A program made the position numbers and the translations under genes. The notes beneath the pieces are model-generated. The model was not told the origin of the DNA. It saw only the letters and a list, made by a program, of their open reading frames with translations, and searched no databases. 64,000 bases of DNA from assembly GCF_009914755.1 (NCBI RefSeq), contig NC_060935.1. One strand, 5' to 3'. Below, piece by piece: positions 26,047 through 40,324 of this stretch. Position 1 is the stretch's first letter; every line of letters begins with the position of its first letter. This DNA comes from the human T2T-CHM13v2.0 reference genome, Homo sapiens.

Positions 26047-28196
26047 TCTCATGGGTGAGAAAGACCCAAGGTGAAAGTTCCTTCCTCCCCCATCCTTCCT
26101 CAGCCATGAGCATTTCAGAAGGAAAGGGGGGAGAAATGGGGAAACTGTTCCCAGCCTTAAGTTCTTCCTTTCCCTGGCTAGATTTTGGGGGAGTCTGGGT
26201 CATTTCAGCGAACCTCAGAACTAGAAAAAACTTCCCAAAAGTCACTCCAAATCCTCAAATATTTGAAACACTTAAAGCCAAGCCTCCAAGAACATTTAAT
26301 TCAATGTCCAAGACCCTTTCACCTCTATAAGATCCATTTTAGAGCTACGGTTCACAAAGAGGTCTGACTCATTAAGGGAGGCCACAGCCAGACCCTTCCT
26401 CAGCCTGGTTTCTAGAGCAGATGAGAACACCAGGCAGGCGGGAGACTGTCACCCCCAACCCCAGAGACCCTCATTCAACAACACCAAGTTTACCCTCCGC
26501 CCAACCCAGGAGGCCTTTCTGTGTCCACGACCCTGAGCATAGTGGGCCTGGCCCTACTCCATGACAGGAATCAAGGGAGAAGGTAGAAAAGGCGAGCGCT
26601 TCAATGCGGGGCGCTGCCTGCTGGAGGGACCCCCCACCTGGGGTCTGACAGGCCTGCCTCTGGACGGTTACTGTGTACTCCCAGCTGAGGTGAGGGCTGG
26701 GGCTCAGGGCCAGACCCAAGCTACAGGGGTCGGGCAGGCAGGCACAGAGCCCCGCTTCCTGGAGGCAGGAAGCCTGGTTTCAGGAGGGCATCCTGACAGC
26801 CCCATTTGCAATAGCAAAGCCACACCGAGGAGCCCAGGCCAGGAGCCCTTCCGCAGGCTGGAGAGAGGGCAGAGAGTCCTGGTCCCTGTGGAAGAAGTGT
26901 AAGGACGGAGTGTGGAAAGCTGTGTGGAGAAGAGCAACACCTCCTAGTGCCTGGAGGGACACAGAGCCCCCATCTGCCGTGGAAGGCTCTGGGCAGCGAT
27001 GACACTGACAGATATGGCAGGGAGGACAGTCAGTTTGAGGCCATAGCAGGGCCTGGAGGCCGAGCATGGCCACACGTCCTCTAGCAAAGCCTGCACGCAG
27101 CTTTTGACCCTCTGCCACCCGGCCCCCAAGCTCTAGCTTATGTGTTCCGAAGTTGTGAGTCCTTCCATGCCGGGACACTGCTGAGCAGCCCCAGGGAGGG
27201 GCCAGGGTAGGGCAGGGAAGAGACGAGCCCCTCCGCATCCTCCTGGAGGGAACCTGACTGGGCTCTGGATGGAGAACAAAGCTGCCCAGACCTCCCCGCT
27301 GTACCAGATGCCAGGCAGGCCGGAGAGCGGGAGGACTGCCCGGGCCCACGCCCCACCCGGATGCCTCCCCCTCTCCCAGGACCTTTCCTTCTTCTAGCAC
27401 CATGGGAGCCCTTGTGGCATCTGTGTTCTCAGCCTCCCTCAGGTCTGGCTCCTCCCCTATAGTGTCCAGTGAGGGGCTGGCCCGTGTCTCCCCTGGGGAC
27501 TGGCATTGCTAGATGGCAGCAGGGGTCCTCGGCTCCAGCTCCTGTCATCCTCTGCCCACTCTCTCCAGGTGTATCCAGCCTAGGGGACAGCCAGGATGCA
27601 GTCAGCCAGGCTCTGTCAGACTCGTCACTGTTCGGGGGGAGGTGGAGGCCGGCGCCTTGGCCCCAGCAGGTCGGATTCCATGTGCTTTCAGGGAGAGAAA
27701 GATGGGAGGGCAGGAGGCTGGCTCTGCAGGGCAGCCTGTGCTTCAGACACACAGCCACCGGCCTGGTGACCAGGGGACCCCACTAGGAGCGGGAAGGATG
27801 GACAAGACTGGGCTGGTGAGGCTGCTGGGTCTGCATGGAAATCTAGCATTGACTCATGGTCAACTAGGCAGAGCAGAGGAGTGGGCGGGAGCAAGAAAGC
27901 GCTTTCAGCTTATCATGGATGCGAAGCTGAAAAACGTGGCCACCTGGCTTTCTCCACTGCCTGTGGCCAGGAGCAGGGGTCAGGGCCTCAGTGCCAGGGA
28001 GGGGCCAGGGGCCTGCTGCCCCCTCCCTCCCAGCAGTCCACGGGGCCTCAGACTTGGGGCGGCTGAAAGTGCTGAGGGTCAGGCCCCTGGCCCAGGCCAG
28101 GTTCCTAAGAGGAAAGTCGAGTGGGAGGCTGGGGGCCTGGAAAACATGGGCGTGGCCCATGGTGTCCCGAGGTGGGGACGGGGCAGGGGTGCCCTG

Positions 28197-28613
<417 letters not shown>

Positions 28614-30746
28614 TCACTGTCCATCCTTCCCATGAAGCCCCTCTTGAGTGTTTAGCCTTGATGGACATCCAGATACCCCTGTGGGGGTGGCTTTTACACC
28701 TTGGCATCTCTGTTCCCAGGGCCAGGCTAGCAGCAGAGGGAAATTCAGTTCTAAAGAGTGACCTCAGGCTTCATTAAGGGTCCAGTGGAAGGGTGACACC
28801 CCAGCACCCCCCAGCTGGCTCCCTATTTTTAGACTCAACTTTAGACTTGGCCTCCATCTGCGGATGGCAGCTGTGTCTCATTCACCTCCAGCTCCTCCCC
28901 AGGCCCCTCACATCCATAGGCACCTGAGCAAGGTGAGCAGATCTCAACTCGGAGAGCTTTGGCCTCGCAGGTTCCCTTGGGCCCCCACCAGTAGCAGGGA
29001 AGATGGAGGGGTTGGGTGAGGTGGGCGGCAGGGACCTAAACCTCTCAGAAACCAAGGGTCAGTGGCTGAGGTTCCAGGGCCTGAGCTAGGAGGCTTCAGA
29101 ACTAACTCAGGATGGAAGGGGCTGCCTCAGGAGTGGACAGCCAGAGCTGAGACCGGACCTCCTCGTGCCAAAGGGGCGAGGGCATGCGCAGGGATGAGTT
29201 GGCCATCTTATCTTCCATCTGTGCCACTGGGCTTCCCTTCCCTCCCCAACGTTCACCTGGGGCTCCCATCTTCCTCTACCTTCTAGGCACGTATAAGGAG
29301 GTAGAATTAGGGTGTGGGGGAGACCCGGGAACCTCTCAGCTTATGCACACGGGATTCCTGGTAACCTCATGTGGGCTTCTGCTGGCCTGCCCTCCTGCAT
29401 GTGTCTGGAGCACACTCGAGGGAGGCATTTTAAAGCAGGGAGAAAGAGCTCAGCCCCCATCCCGGAGGGAACCGCATTTCTCTCTGCGGTGCAGGGGAAG
29501 GGGGACCGGTTGGCCTCCATCACCCCCTCTCAGAAGAGGTCTGAGCACACACTATGTGGTGCTGTAGGTGAGGTGGGGGTAGGAGGGGTGAACAGGGCCC
29601 TGTGTTGGGTTCTCCCTCCAGCTGTGCGCTCAGGCAGCAGAGCTCAAAGCCAAGGAGGGAGCTAGAGTTCCATCCTGGGAGGACAGAGGGAGGCTGAGTT
29701 TAGGGAGGGAGAGGGGAGAAAGAGAATGGAAGAACATAGTGCGAGCTGATGCTGATGGTGCCTGTGTGAGACACCCCATATTCCTCAGCCTCACCTCCAG
29801 GCCTGTGCCCTGCCCTCCTGCCCCATGAATCCTGGGCTGGGGCAGAGGGAACGGAGGGCTGGTCTGGTTGGAGAGCCAGAGACCATTTGCTAGCACAGAA
29901 CCAGGTCAGGGAGAAGTAAAGGAGGCAGGGGCGCCCGTGCTACTGGCTGGCTGCTGAGCTGGGCCAGGTTGGGAGCTGAGGTGGAGGCCATGCCAGAATG
30001 AGGCCTGAGCAGGTAGGGAGCAGCCGCTTCTGCTGGGCAGGCTGAGTGGGGGTCAGGAGAGGACTTGGACTTGGCCAAAAACACATCTCTCTAAGCATCC
30101 CATGTGCCTGATGTGACTCAATACTTCTCATCCCTTGCATCTCACACTAGAACAGGGGACTGGCTGACAGACACCTAGGGAAAATGCTCTGGGGGGAGGG
30201 GAGGACACGGCCCCAGAAGCTGAGCACAGGCACACAAGCTTTTTGAAACTGTACAATTCACAAAATACTTTTGCATGATTGAATTTAGACCTTACAACTG
30301 CCTGACAACAGAGCTGAGCAGATGCTTTTACCATGTCCAAGGTACAGGTGAAGAAACTGAGGCTCAGAGATTTGAGACTTGCCTAAAGTGAGAAAGACCT
30401 GGAGCTGGAAAGATAACCTAAGTCCCCGGACTCAGAATCCCAAGCTCATTCCAACTTGGCCACGAGTCCTGGAGATTTCAGAGCTCGCTTTCTGAAGAGA
30501 CCCTCCGAGCGGTATCTGAGGGCCTGGTGGCCTTCTGCCTGCCTTGGTTCCGATGCCCACAGCAAAAGTGGCCAAAGCTAGTGGAGGAAAGAGCCGTTCT
30601 CACTGCCCCAACCTTCCCTTCCCTAAAGTTCAGCCAAGCCTGGTTCAATGATTAGTTGGATAGATTAACCCTGGGCCTCCCACACTCTGGTATAAACAGG
30701 CACACCCCTGGAATGAGACGGAAGGGCAGCCTGGAGCCATAAGTCA

Positions 30747-30965
<219 letters not shown>

Positions 30966-33900
30966 CTACAAGACGCGAAAAAGCCATTGTCACCAGGGTG
31001 AGATGCCCGCCTGGAGGCCTCACTTTCAGGCAGTGCAAACTGTTCCCTTGAGCCCCCCATCAGTTGCAGTGCGTTTGGGAAGCGGTGCGGCCACACATAA
31101 ATATCAACCTTGGTCTTTGTCCTCAAGAGCTGACAATCTAGAATCATCCACTCTGAGCTGGGAAGGTATCTTACCCCCACTAGCCATGGGCGTGATCCTG
31201 AGCCAGAACTTTTATTTTTCTAAGCTTGAGAATCTAGAGCAGCCAAGTGTCACCACCTATAAAACAAGTCACTGGTCATCTTAGCAGTCATCTAAGCAGA
31301 CTCCTGTGGAGAAGCTGATAAAAGCTACAAATGCTCCTCCAGATGTGTTCTCCTAGACAATCACACACAGTTTTGCCACAGTTTTCCAAAAGGTTCATGG
31401 CTCTCTAAGGCTTATTGGTCCAGATTCACAATGCCTTCCTCCCTGCATCCTGTCTGCAGCCTTCTTGTTGGAGACAGTCTCCCAGCTCAGAACTCCCCTG
31501 TGTTAAAGGGAGAACAGGGGCTCTGCTGGGCAACAGAGGCAGTCAGGGAAGACTTCCTGGAGGAGGGACAGGAGCTGGGCCTTGAATGGTTGGCTGAAAG
31601 GAGGAAAGCCAAGGCCTAGGTTTAGAAACAGCAAGGCATACTCCAAAAACCTAAAGAGGTCAATTTGAAGGAAGCGGTGGGAGAGAAAGAAACAGAGTCA
31701 GATCGCAGGGGGCCTTGACTGCCAAGTGAAGGGTTTTTCCCTTGGTGCTGTCTGTAGAGGCAGTTGCTATAAAATCTTGTGTAGAAGCGTGGCCTGATGG
31801 TGAGAGGAAGTGGAGGCCAACCCGTCACTGAGCACAAGTGGATGGGATGTTGGCCTGACTGGGAGCCCAACGGGGGAGGGGAGGTCTCTGAGTCAGCTGT
31901 GAGCACTGGGGTTTTTGGCGACGGGGAGTATTGGGTCCTTTTCCTTTGCACGAGCATTTCTGGAAGGCTGAGAACTTTCCCAAGGCTCAAGAGCAAGAGC
32001 TGCCCTACCCCTGGCCCATGACTTAGGATCTGGAGAAGGGGTGATGGGGACGGGGTGGGTGAGAGAGGGAGAGTGAGGAGGGATCAGCTTCCAGGCCAGG
32101 AATGGCTTTAGGCTGATTCAGAGATGGACCGTGGTGCTCCTCAGAGGGAGGCCTCTGCCAGCTTGATGTGCACCTGTCTGCTGGCTTTGCAGACTCAGAT
32201 GCAAGTGGGCACACCTCAGACAGCACGCTGCAGACCGGGAGAACAGAGCCATGACAACAGCCTCAGCTGCAGAGCCATAAGGAGCCTTGCCAGGCCCTTC
32301 CAGGCCCAGGCATCAAGAAAGCCAACTTTCCTGAGGTACAGTCCCTGCTCTCCAGGTGGAAACATTTCTCCATCCATCACGACCAATGCAGCTGCTGAGC
32401 TAAATATAGGAGTCAGCTCTCAAAATTCCTCTGCCTCAGAGCCTTTGAGCTTCCTAGGAACCACTGCGAGGAGGGGAGAAGGAGGTGTGGACGTGCTTCC
32501 TCACAGACGCTGCCTGGCCTCTTTGGGCATCCAGTGTAGCTGGCCAATGGACAGGCTCATAGGAGCACTGGTATTGCCAAGGGCCTCAGTTTCTGCATGG
32601 CGAATGGTACCTCATAGTCGCAGCAGGGGAGATAGATGGGAAATGCAGTCCAAGAATGTTTAGAGTACTTCCCATTTGTTTCTTTACAGCTCCTGACCTT
32701 TCTCACTGTCTTTTGCTAGAGGAAAGAGGTCAAGGAAGATGGGGATGTATCTCATGTTACTGTGAGGAGGGTGGGGGTGAGCAGGGGTGTACATTATTAT
32801 GTTTCTCCACTCCTGTACCAACTCACTTTCCCCTCCCTAATCCTAAGCATGTGTGTGCGTGCACGAGTGTACCCACTAGTGTGGCTACACGCACGTGCAT
32901 GTGTGCACACACATTGACTGGGGGAGGAGAAGCCTCTTCCTTAGAAACGGACCCTCTCCCCAGTTTGGGGTCTCAGCCCCTGCCCTGGCCTCCCAGGGCC
33001 CCTTTTCCTCCAGGGATTCCTAGGGTCCAGGCCCTGGCTGCCCACTGGGAGCCAAGGACAGATGGGGTCTCCTCTCTGTGCTGCTGAAATGGGATCCCTC
33101 TTTATCAGTGGCCTGGGATGGGAGACTGGGGCCAGGATGAGAGAATGAATCAGAGGAGCTTGTTTTCATTTCATGTTTAATTTCCTGCAGGCTTAGCTCC
33201 GTCTTTCCGCTCCTTCCTCAGCCTCCCAGGGTTTTCTGTGGGGGAAGCTGGGGGGAGGGGAGAAGCCACTGGAGGCACGGAGAGAGATGGCTTCTCTTTT
33301 TCTTTTTGTCACTGTGACTGTTGGGGTTCTCCTTGTGTCTCTGTGGGTTCCAGGTCCCCATGGTGGGACTGTGGAAGTGGAAGATGTCCCTACAGGCTCT
33401 GGAACAGAGGATCCAGGGATGGGCGGGGAGGGACCCCGAAGAGGGAAGGAGGTGGCCAGCGCCTGGCAAAGGGGTCTAGAGTGGAGGGAGGAGCCATGTG
33501 GGGGAGTGGAATGTGGGGCGCGGGCTCGCTGGAGCTGAGTGTGAGGGAGGAGGAGATGTGGGTTATCTGGGGAAGACAGATGACCAGGCGGGGGAGAGGC
33601 CAGCAGAGCTAGCACCGTCTTTGGAACAGGAGTGGAAGAAGGTCAGGCTGAGGGATTTATTTGAGGGCTGAAGATGGAAATGGTGAGGCGGGTGAGCGAC
33701 CGGTGGGAGCAGGGCTGCCCACCTCCTCCCTCCTTCTTCTCCTGTTCCTTTGTCCTGGGGCCTTACCCTGCGCACCCAGTTCTGGCTTTTCTGCCCAGAT
33801 CCAGACATGAGCTAGGTGAGCCTGGCCGGTCCTCAATATCCTCCCCAGTAAATTGGAGGCAGCAAGGGTATCCTCACGACCCCTTCTATGCTCACATCTG

Positions 33901-35525
33901 CAGGTCCTGAGGCTTGGAGTGTCCATCCATTTCTGACCCCTGGCGCCCCAGGGGCTCCGAGAGCTCCCTTCCAGATGCCACACCAACCCCCACGCCCGTT
34001 CCTGTGCCTCCCAGCTCTGCACCGCAGGCCTGTCTCCACTGTGCAGCCCCAGGAGGACAGCCAACCACGAGGTCCCCACTGTTCTCCCGGTCTGAATGTC
34101 ATACCTCAGGACCACCCCAGCCTGGGCCCACTCAGCACAGGCCTCTCCCGAGGACCGGGCTGTGCAAGGAACCAACTGTCTTGGCGGAGGCCTCGCTAAC
34201 CGCAGCCCATCTGGGGCCAGGGCGGGGTGGCCCAGGGCGGGGAGGCCTCTGTCTTATTGTCTTCAGACACCAGCTGCAGAGATTGGAATCCCAGACAGCA
34301 GAGAGAGGCCCCTGCAGCCCCCTGGAGCAGGGCCAAACCCTAGGCTTCTTCCCAGGAAAAGTCCATCTTGGGGCCCCCATTGCCCCGTCCCTGTCCCCAC
34401 CACCACTCTACGCCAGGCACCTGGCTTGCCACCAGCTGAGTATGGGCCCTGAACAAACACAGCAGAGGCAGGCAGGGGGTTCCATCACCACCCCCTTACC
34501 CCCCCCAGGGCACTGCCAGGCTTAGGGCTCAACCCAGAGGTCTGACGCACATGAAGATCCCACCCACCCTGCTGCCTTTATACAAAGAAAAGCCTCTGAA
34601 CAATCTGGCATGTGTCCTTGTACAGCAAACTAAAGTCAAAGAAGCACTAGGCTGCGACTCAGGAGTCCCGGATTCCAGTCGCAGTGCTGCTACTGAGTGG
34701 CTGCTGTTAACTTCAGGTTATGACTTCCCACCTATGGGCCTCTTCTTCCTCGTCTATCAAATGGGAAGATGGGGTGATCATTTCCAGCACTACCGTTCTA
34801 TAGTTCTGTGGTCCTCCCACTAGGTGATAAGATATGCAGCACGTCAGAGTTTCCCTTTCTGCCTTGGCTGCCAGGAAGCTCCAAGTTGAAGTTTGTGCTC
34901 AATGGCAACCATGAACCTTAGCCTAAATTTTTTTTTACCACATTACCTCTGCATTTCATGCCATTGTTCTTGTTTTTAGATTGAACAAATAAATCTTTAA
35001 TTGTAAGCTACCTCAACTCCATTTTGGAAGTAGGTATAAGTGTGTGTGTGTGCGCGCGCATGTGTGTGTGCAGAGAACACTCTGTTTTAGTTGTATGGTG
35101 GCAACTGAAAAATGCTCTGTGCGCCTTTGTTTTCATGTTTTGTACTCAAGGCGTCATTCTTCTTTCAGTACTTAGTGAATTCTACTCCCGGGCACTCCCA
35201 TATGTTTGTTAGGAAGCATGCATGCAACCCACATATGCAAACACAAATGTACACACATACTGCACAGAAAAGGAACAGGTTTATCCCACACCAACACAGC
35301 ACCTACAGGGCTGTCCCATAACCAGCTATGCCCCTTTCTCTACCTACACCTGTGGGTCCTCCCCAATCCATTTGCTGGAGATCAGGCTAGATGCTAGGAT
35401 TCCTGTCCAAACTCAGGCATGTAAGGTCATGTGAGTGGCTGGTTGTCCAAATTCAAGTGAGATCTGGGTGTGTGAGGGCTTCTGGATTCACAGGAAAGCC
35501 CCAGCTGCCCTGTCATCCTTCATCA

Positions 35526-36206
<681 letters not shown>

Positions 36207-37010
36207 TCAACCGTGCAGCTCTTCAGCATCACTTCTGGTAGCTGCAGTTTCTGAACAGCTACATATTTACTGATAACCACTAGTCCTTTTCCACATTAGC
36301 CATTTTGGAAAAAAAGTTTGTAGACTCTATTAGAGATGCCTCTGCCTTCTTAAACAGAAAATGGTTGTAACTGATGAATCTTTTACTGATGCCTTAGAAC
36401 AATGCTGCTGAAGATGCTTTCATGAATTAATTCAAGAGTCCCTGGGGCCTGCTGAGGATTGCAGGGTTGGGGCATCTCTGTCCTAACATTGAAGGGCTCA
36501 GCCCACTGAGCTGCATGGCGCTTTGCTGATTAAAAAAAAAAAAAAAAAAAGATTTCTCTTTGTTCTGAAGCTATTGATTTTTCTGGCCCACTGGAGAGGG
36601 AAAAACTGCTATGTGGCAACGTTTTATTTGCTATTTCCAACATGCTTTGGGTTGGAAAAGCGGACTGATTATGACATTTATTTTGTGTTAAATTGAAACT
36701 TAAACTTGAGTGTGTGAATTTTGTCACCTGTATTTTGGCTACTCATGGGTCTTTTCTTTCTTTCTGATCCTTTCTTTGCTGTGAATTCATGCTGGTCGGG
36801 GCAGATACAGCTCTCTGGACAAGGGTTGATTGATCCACGGATACTTATTTTTTAGACTTGATGCTCTGCGTTTGGCTTTCTCTAATTGGTGGGAATACAG
36901 TGATGAACAATCAGTGCTTGATCTCAAGGAAATCACAGTTTAGTAGGAGGGGACAAACAAGTAAAATAACGTAAGCCAGTCAACAATCCTGTAAAGAAGA
37001 CAAAATAGGA

Positions 37011-37313
37011 GTTGGGCACAGTGTCTCATGCCTATAATCCCAGCAGTATGGGAGGCTGAGGTGAGGGATTACTTGAGGCCAGGAGTTTGAGACCAACATG
37101 GACAACAAAGCAAGACCCTATCTCTACAAAAAATAAAAAAACTTATCCCAGGCGTGGTGGTGTATGCCTGTGGTCCCAGCTACTCAGGAAACTGAGGCGG
37201 GAGGATCCATTGAGCCCACGAAGTTAAGGCTACAGTGAGCCATGATCACACCACTGTACTCCACGCTGGGTGACAGAGAGAGACCCAGTCTCTTTAAAAA
37301 AAATAAACAAAAA
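37011..37313 (+). mobile_element. AluJ
   Basis: Diverged full Alu inside an L2 remnant. Confidence 0.9.
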
Positions 37314-37331
37314 TACCCAAAAGATAAAATG

Positions 37332-37500
37332 GGCCTAGGCATGGTGGCTCATGCCTATAATTCTAGCACTTTGGGAGGTTGAGGTGGGATGATCACTTTA
37401 GCCTAGGAGTTTGAGGCTGCAGTGAGCTATAATCATCTTATTGCACTCCAGCCTGGGTGATAGAATGAGACCCTGTCTCTAAAAAGAAAACAAAAAAAAT
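37332..37500 (+). mobile_element. Alu monomer (FAM/FRAM-like or left/right recombinant)
   Basis: Left-arm start joined to right-arm end in ~165 bp. Confidence 0.8.
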
Positions 37501-37554
37501 TTAAAAAATTTTTAAGAAGATAAAATAGGACAGTGTAACAAAAGGTGAGCTGGT

Positions 37555-38127
37555 TTGCTTCTGTTGTGTTGGGTTGGGTTGAGTTCTATTGGGTTGTGTT
37601 GAGTGGGTTGAGTGTGTCAGGTTCCATTGTGTTGTGTTGTGTTAGGTTGAGTTCTGTTGGAATGTGTTATATTGGGTTGTGTTGTGTTGGAAGGGGTTGC
37701 ATTAGGTTTAGTATGTTGAGTTCCATTGTGTTGTGTTGGGTTGAGTTGAGTTCTATTGGGTTGTGTTGTGTTGGGTTGGGTTGAGTTCTATGCGGTTGCA
37801 CTGAGTTGAGTTGAGTGTGTCAGGTTCCATTGTGTTGTGTTGTGTTAGGTTGAGTTCCATTGGAATGTGTTATATTGGGTTGTGTTGTGTTGGAATGGGT
37901 TGAGTTGGGTTGAGTGTGTTCAGTTCCATTGTGTTGTGCTGGGTTGAGTTGAGTTCTATTGGGTTGTGTTGTGTTGGGTTGCACTGAGTTGGGTTGAGTG
38001 TGCTGAGTTCCACTGTGTTGTGTTGTGTTGAGTTGAGTTCTATTGGGTTGTGTTCTGTTGGGTTGCAATGAGTTGGGTTGAGTGTTGGGTTCCACTGTAT
38101 TGTACTGGGTTGGGTGTTTTGGTTGTT
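37555..38127. repeat. Degenerate pentamer satellite (GTGTT/GGGTT/GAGTT)n with higher-order units
   Basis: Almost only G and T on + strand; landmark GTTCCA(T/C)TGT at 37621, 37720, 37824, 37923, 38007, 38089. Confidence 0.92.
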
Positions 38128-38486
38128 GGCTGGTAATAGGGGGGCTACTGCTTTAGCCACAGTGGTCAGGAAGACTTCTTAGAGGAGGTATGAGTTGGGA
38201 CTTGAAAAATGGAGGGGGATGCAGCCATCTAGGCAGAAGGAAGAGCTAAACTGTTCTCTGTTTCTGCCCATTGGGATGCTGTAGACATTGTCTTCATGTT
38301 TGTCCTGTTTCCTGTCTAAGAGATAGGCCTTCTAGAGCAGGGACAAGTAACCCTTCTCTGTGTGAAAGAGCCAGGACTCTCACACTGTGTAAAGCCCAGA
38401 AACAGCCAGCAGCAGCCTTCCTGCCCCTCTGCTGGAGGCCCTCCTTCCTTTGCAACCCCCCACCACAGTGCAGAAGCCCAATATTA

Positions 38487-39059
<573 letters not shown>

Positions 39060-39982
39060 TCAGGGGGAGAGTGGGGCACTCGGGTAGCCACCCCCTGCCT
39101 TTTTCCTCTTAGAGCTCATTGGATGCGAGGTCAGGAGACTTGGCTTCTAATTCTGGCTTGCCATTAACTTGCTGTGTGACCTTGGGCAAATCTCTTCCCC
39201 AATCTGAGCCTCTTCACCATCATCTTAGACTAGGTCCCTTCCAGCAACAATGTTATGTGAACCTAAGGCAGCCAATCTGACCTCTGTGACCTTTAATCCC
39301 CACCTCACTGACCCTGAGCTCCTCTCTCTAGAGGGATTCCCTGCATCAGGACTTTTCTGGGGCCCGAGAATTCTGACCCCAGTGCCATGGCCTCCCTGGG
39401 TGGAAGGGAAACTCATTCAGCAGCCATGTCTGGCCCAGTGGGGCTTGGGGTGAGGAGGACCCAGCATTGAGGCAGACAGGAGTGCCCCTCCTTTCCTGGC
39501 CTAGTCCCACCAGGAGTTCAGCAGGAGCTGTGGAGACTCTGCCCCAAGAGTCCAGTGCTGAGGAGTCAACACCTCCTTCCCTGCCCCCCAACCCTGCACA
39601 CTGGTCTCACCTATTGTTCAAGAGAAGGGTCTTTCTTCCTTGGGGGTGCATGGGATTGAGGCATGGGCCACATTTCCTGTTACAAGCAGCTCCTGCCCAC
39701 TGTTTACTGAGGCTGCCCGGGCACCTTCATCCCCAGCACGCTGACCCCGGGCCTGGGTGGGTGTACATGAGCACAGCTCCCAGCCACTGCGTCTGGCAGA
39801 TGGACCCCCCACCCACCGGCACATTCCTAGCTCAGGACTGCAAGGACGAGTCAACCCATACACATCAAGAAAGAAGAGGTGGAGGCTGGGGTGGGAGAGT
39901 GAGGCAAGAAGCCACTTTACCACCACACAGCCTGGTGAGCTTCCTAGGCAGACACACTCACCTCCTGGCAGAGGGTTTGGGA

Positions 39983-40324
39983 CAACAGTCCCTACCTTTT
40001 TGGCACCAGGGACTGGTTTTGTGGAAGATAATTTTTTCCATGGGTGGAGAAGGTTGTGGTGGGGCATGGTTTGGGGATGAAACTGTTCCACCTCAAATCA
40101 TCAGGCATCAGATTCTCTTAAGGAGCACGCAACCTAGATCCCTCACATGCATGGTTCACAGTAGGATTCACGCCTCTGTGAGAATCTAATGGCACCGCTG
40201 ATCTGACAGGAGCCAGAACTTGCAGTAATGCTTGCTCACCTGCCGCTCACCTCCTGTGTGCGGCCCGGTTACTAACAGGCCATGGATCGGTACTGGTCCA
40301 CAGCCTGGGGGCTAAGGACCCCTG
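39983..40324. mobile_element. MER1B (hAT-Charlie) DNA transposon
   Basis: caacagtccctacctttttggcaccagggac ... ggacccctg; degenerate 8-bp TSD GTTTGGGA (39975-39982) / GTTTAGGT (40325-40332). Confidence 0.88.

Larger units (their letters stand above)
23785..28196 (-). other. ALX4: ALX4 3'UTR (~4.4 kb)
   Basis: Continuous Alu-free sequence from the stop to an AATAAA with a GU-rich downstream element; AU-rich block at 23950-24320. Confidence 0.75.

Noticed and set aside
27506-27521. CTCF-like TTGCTAGATGGCAGCA and similar partial matches (~38420, ~42455)
   Set aside because: They miss key core positions and lack the upstream module.
37555-38127. CRISPR-like or telomeric array
   Set aside because: Primate DNA with no unique spacers and no cas genes; units are pentamers, not TTAGGG.
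37545-38160. Repetitive ORFs (NTTQPN..., hydrophobic CVGL...)
   Set aside because: Translations of the pentamer satellite.
39467-40189. 240-aa ORF
   Set aside because: Non-ATG start, GC-rich, ends inside MER1B; no recognisable domain.
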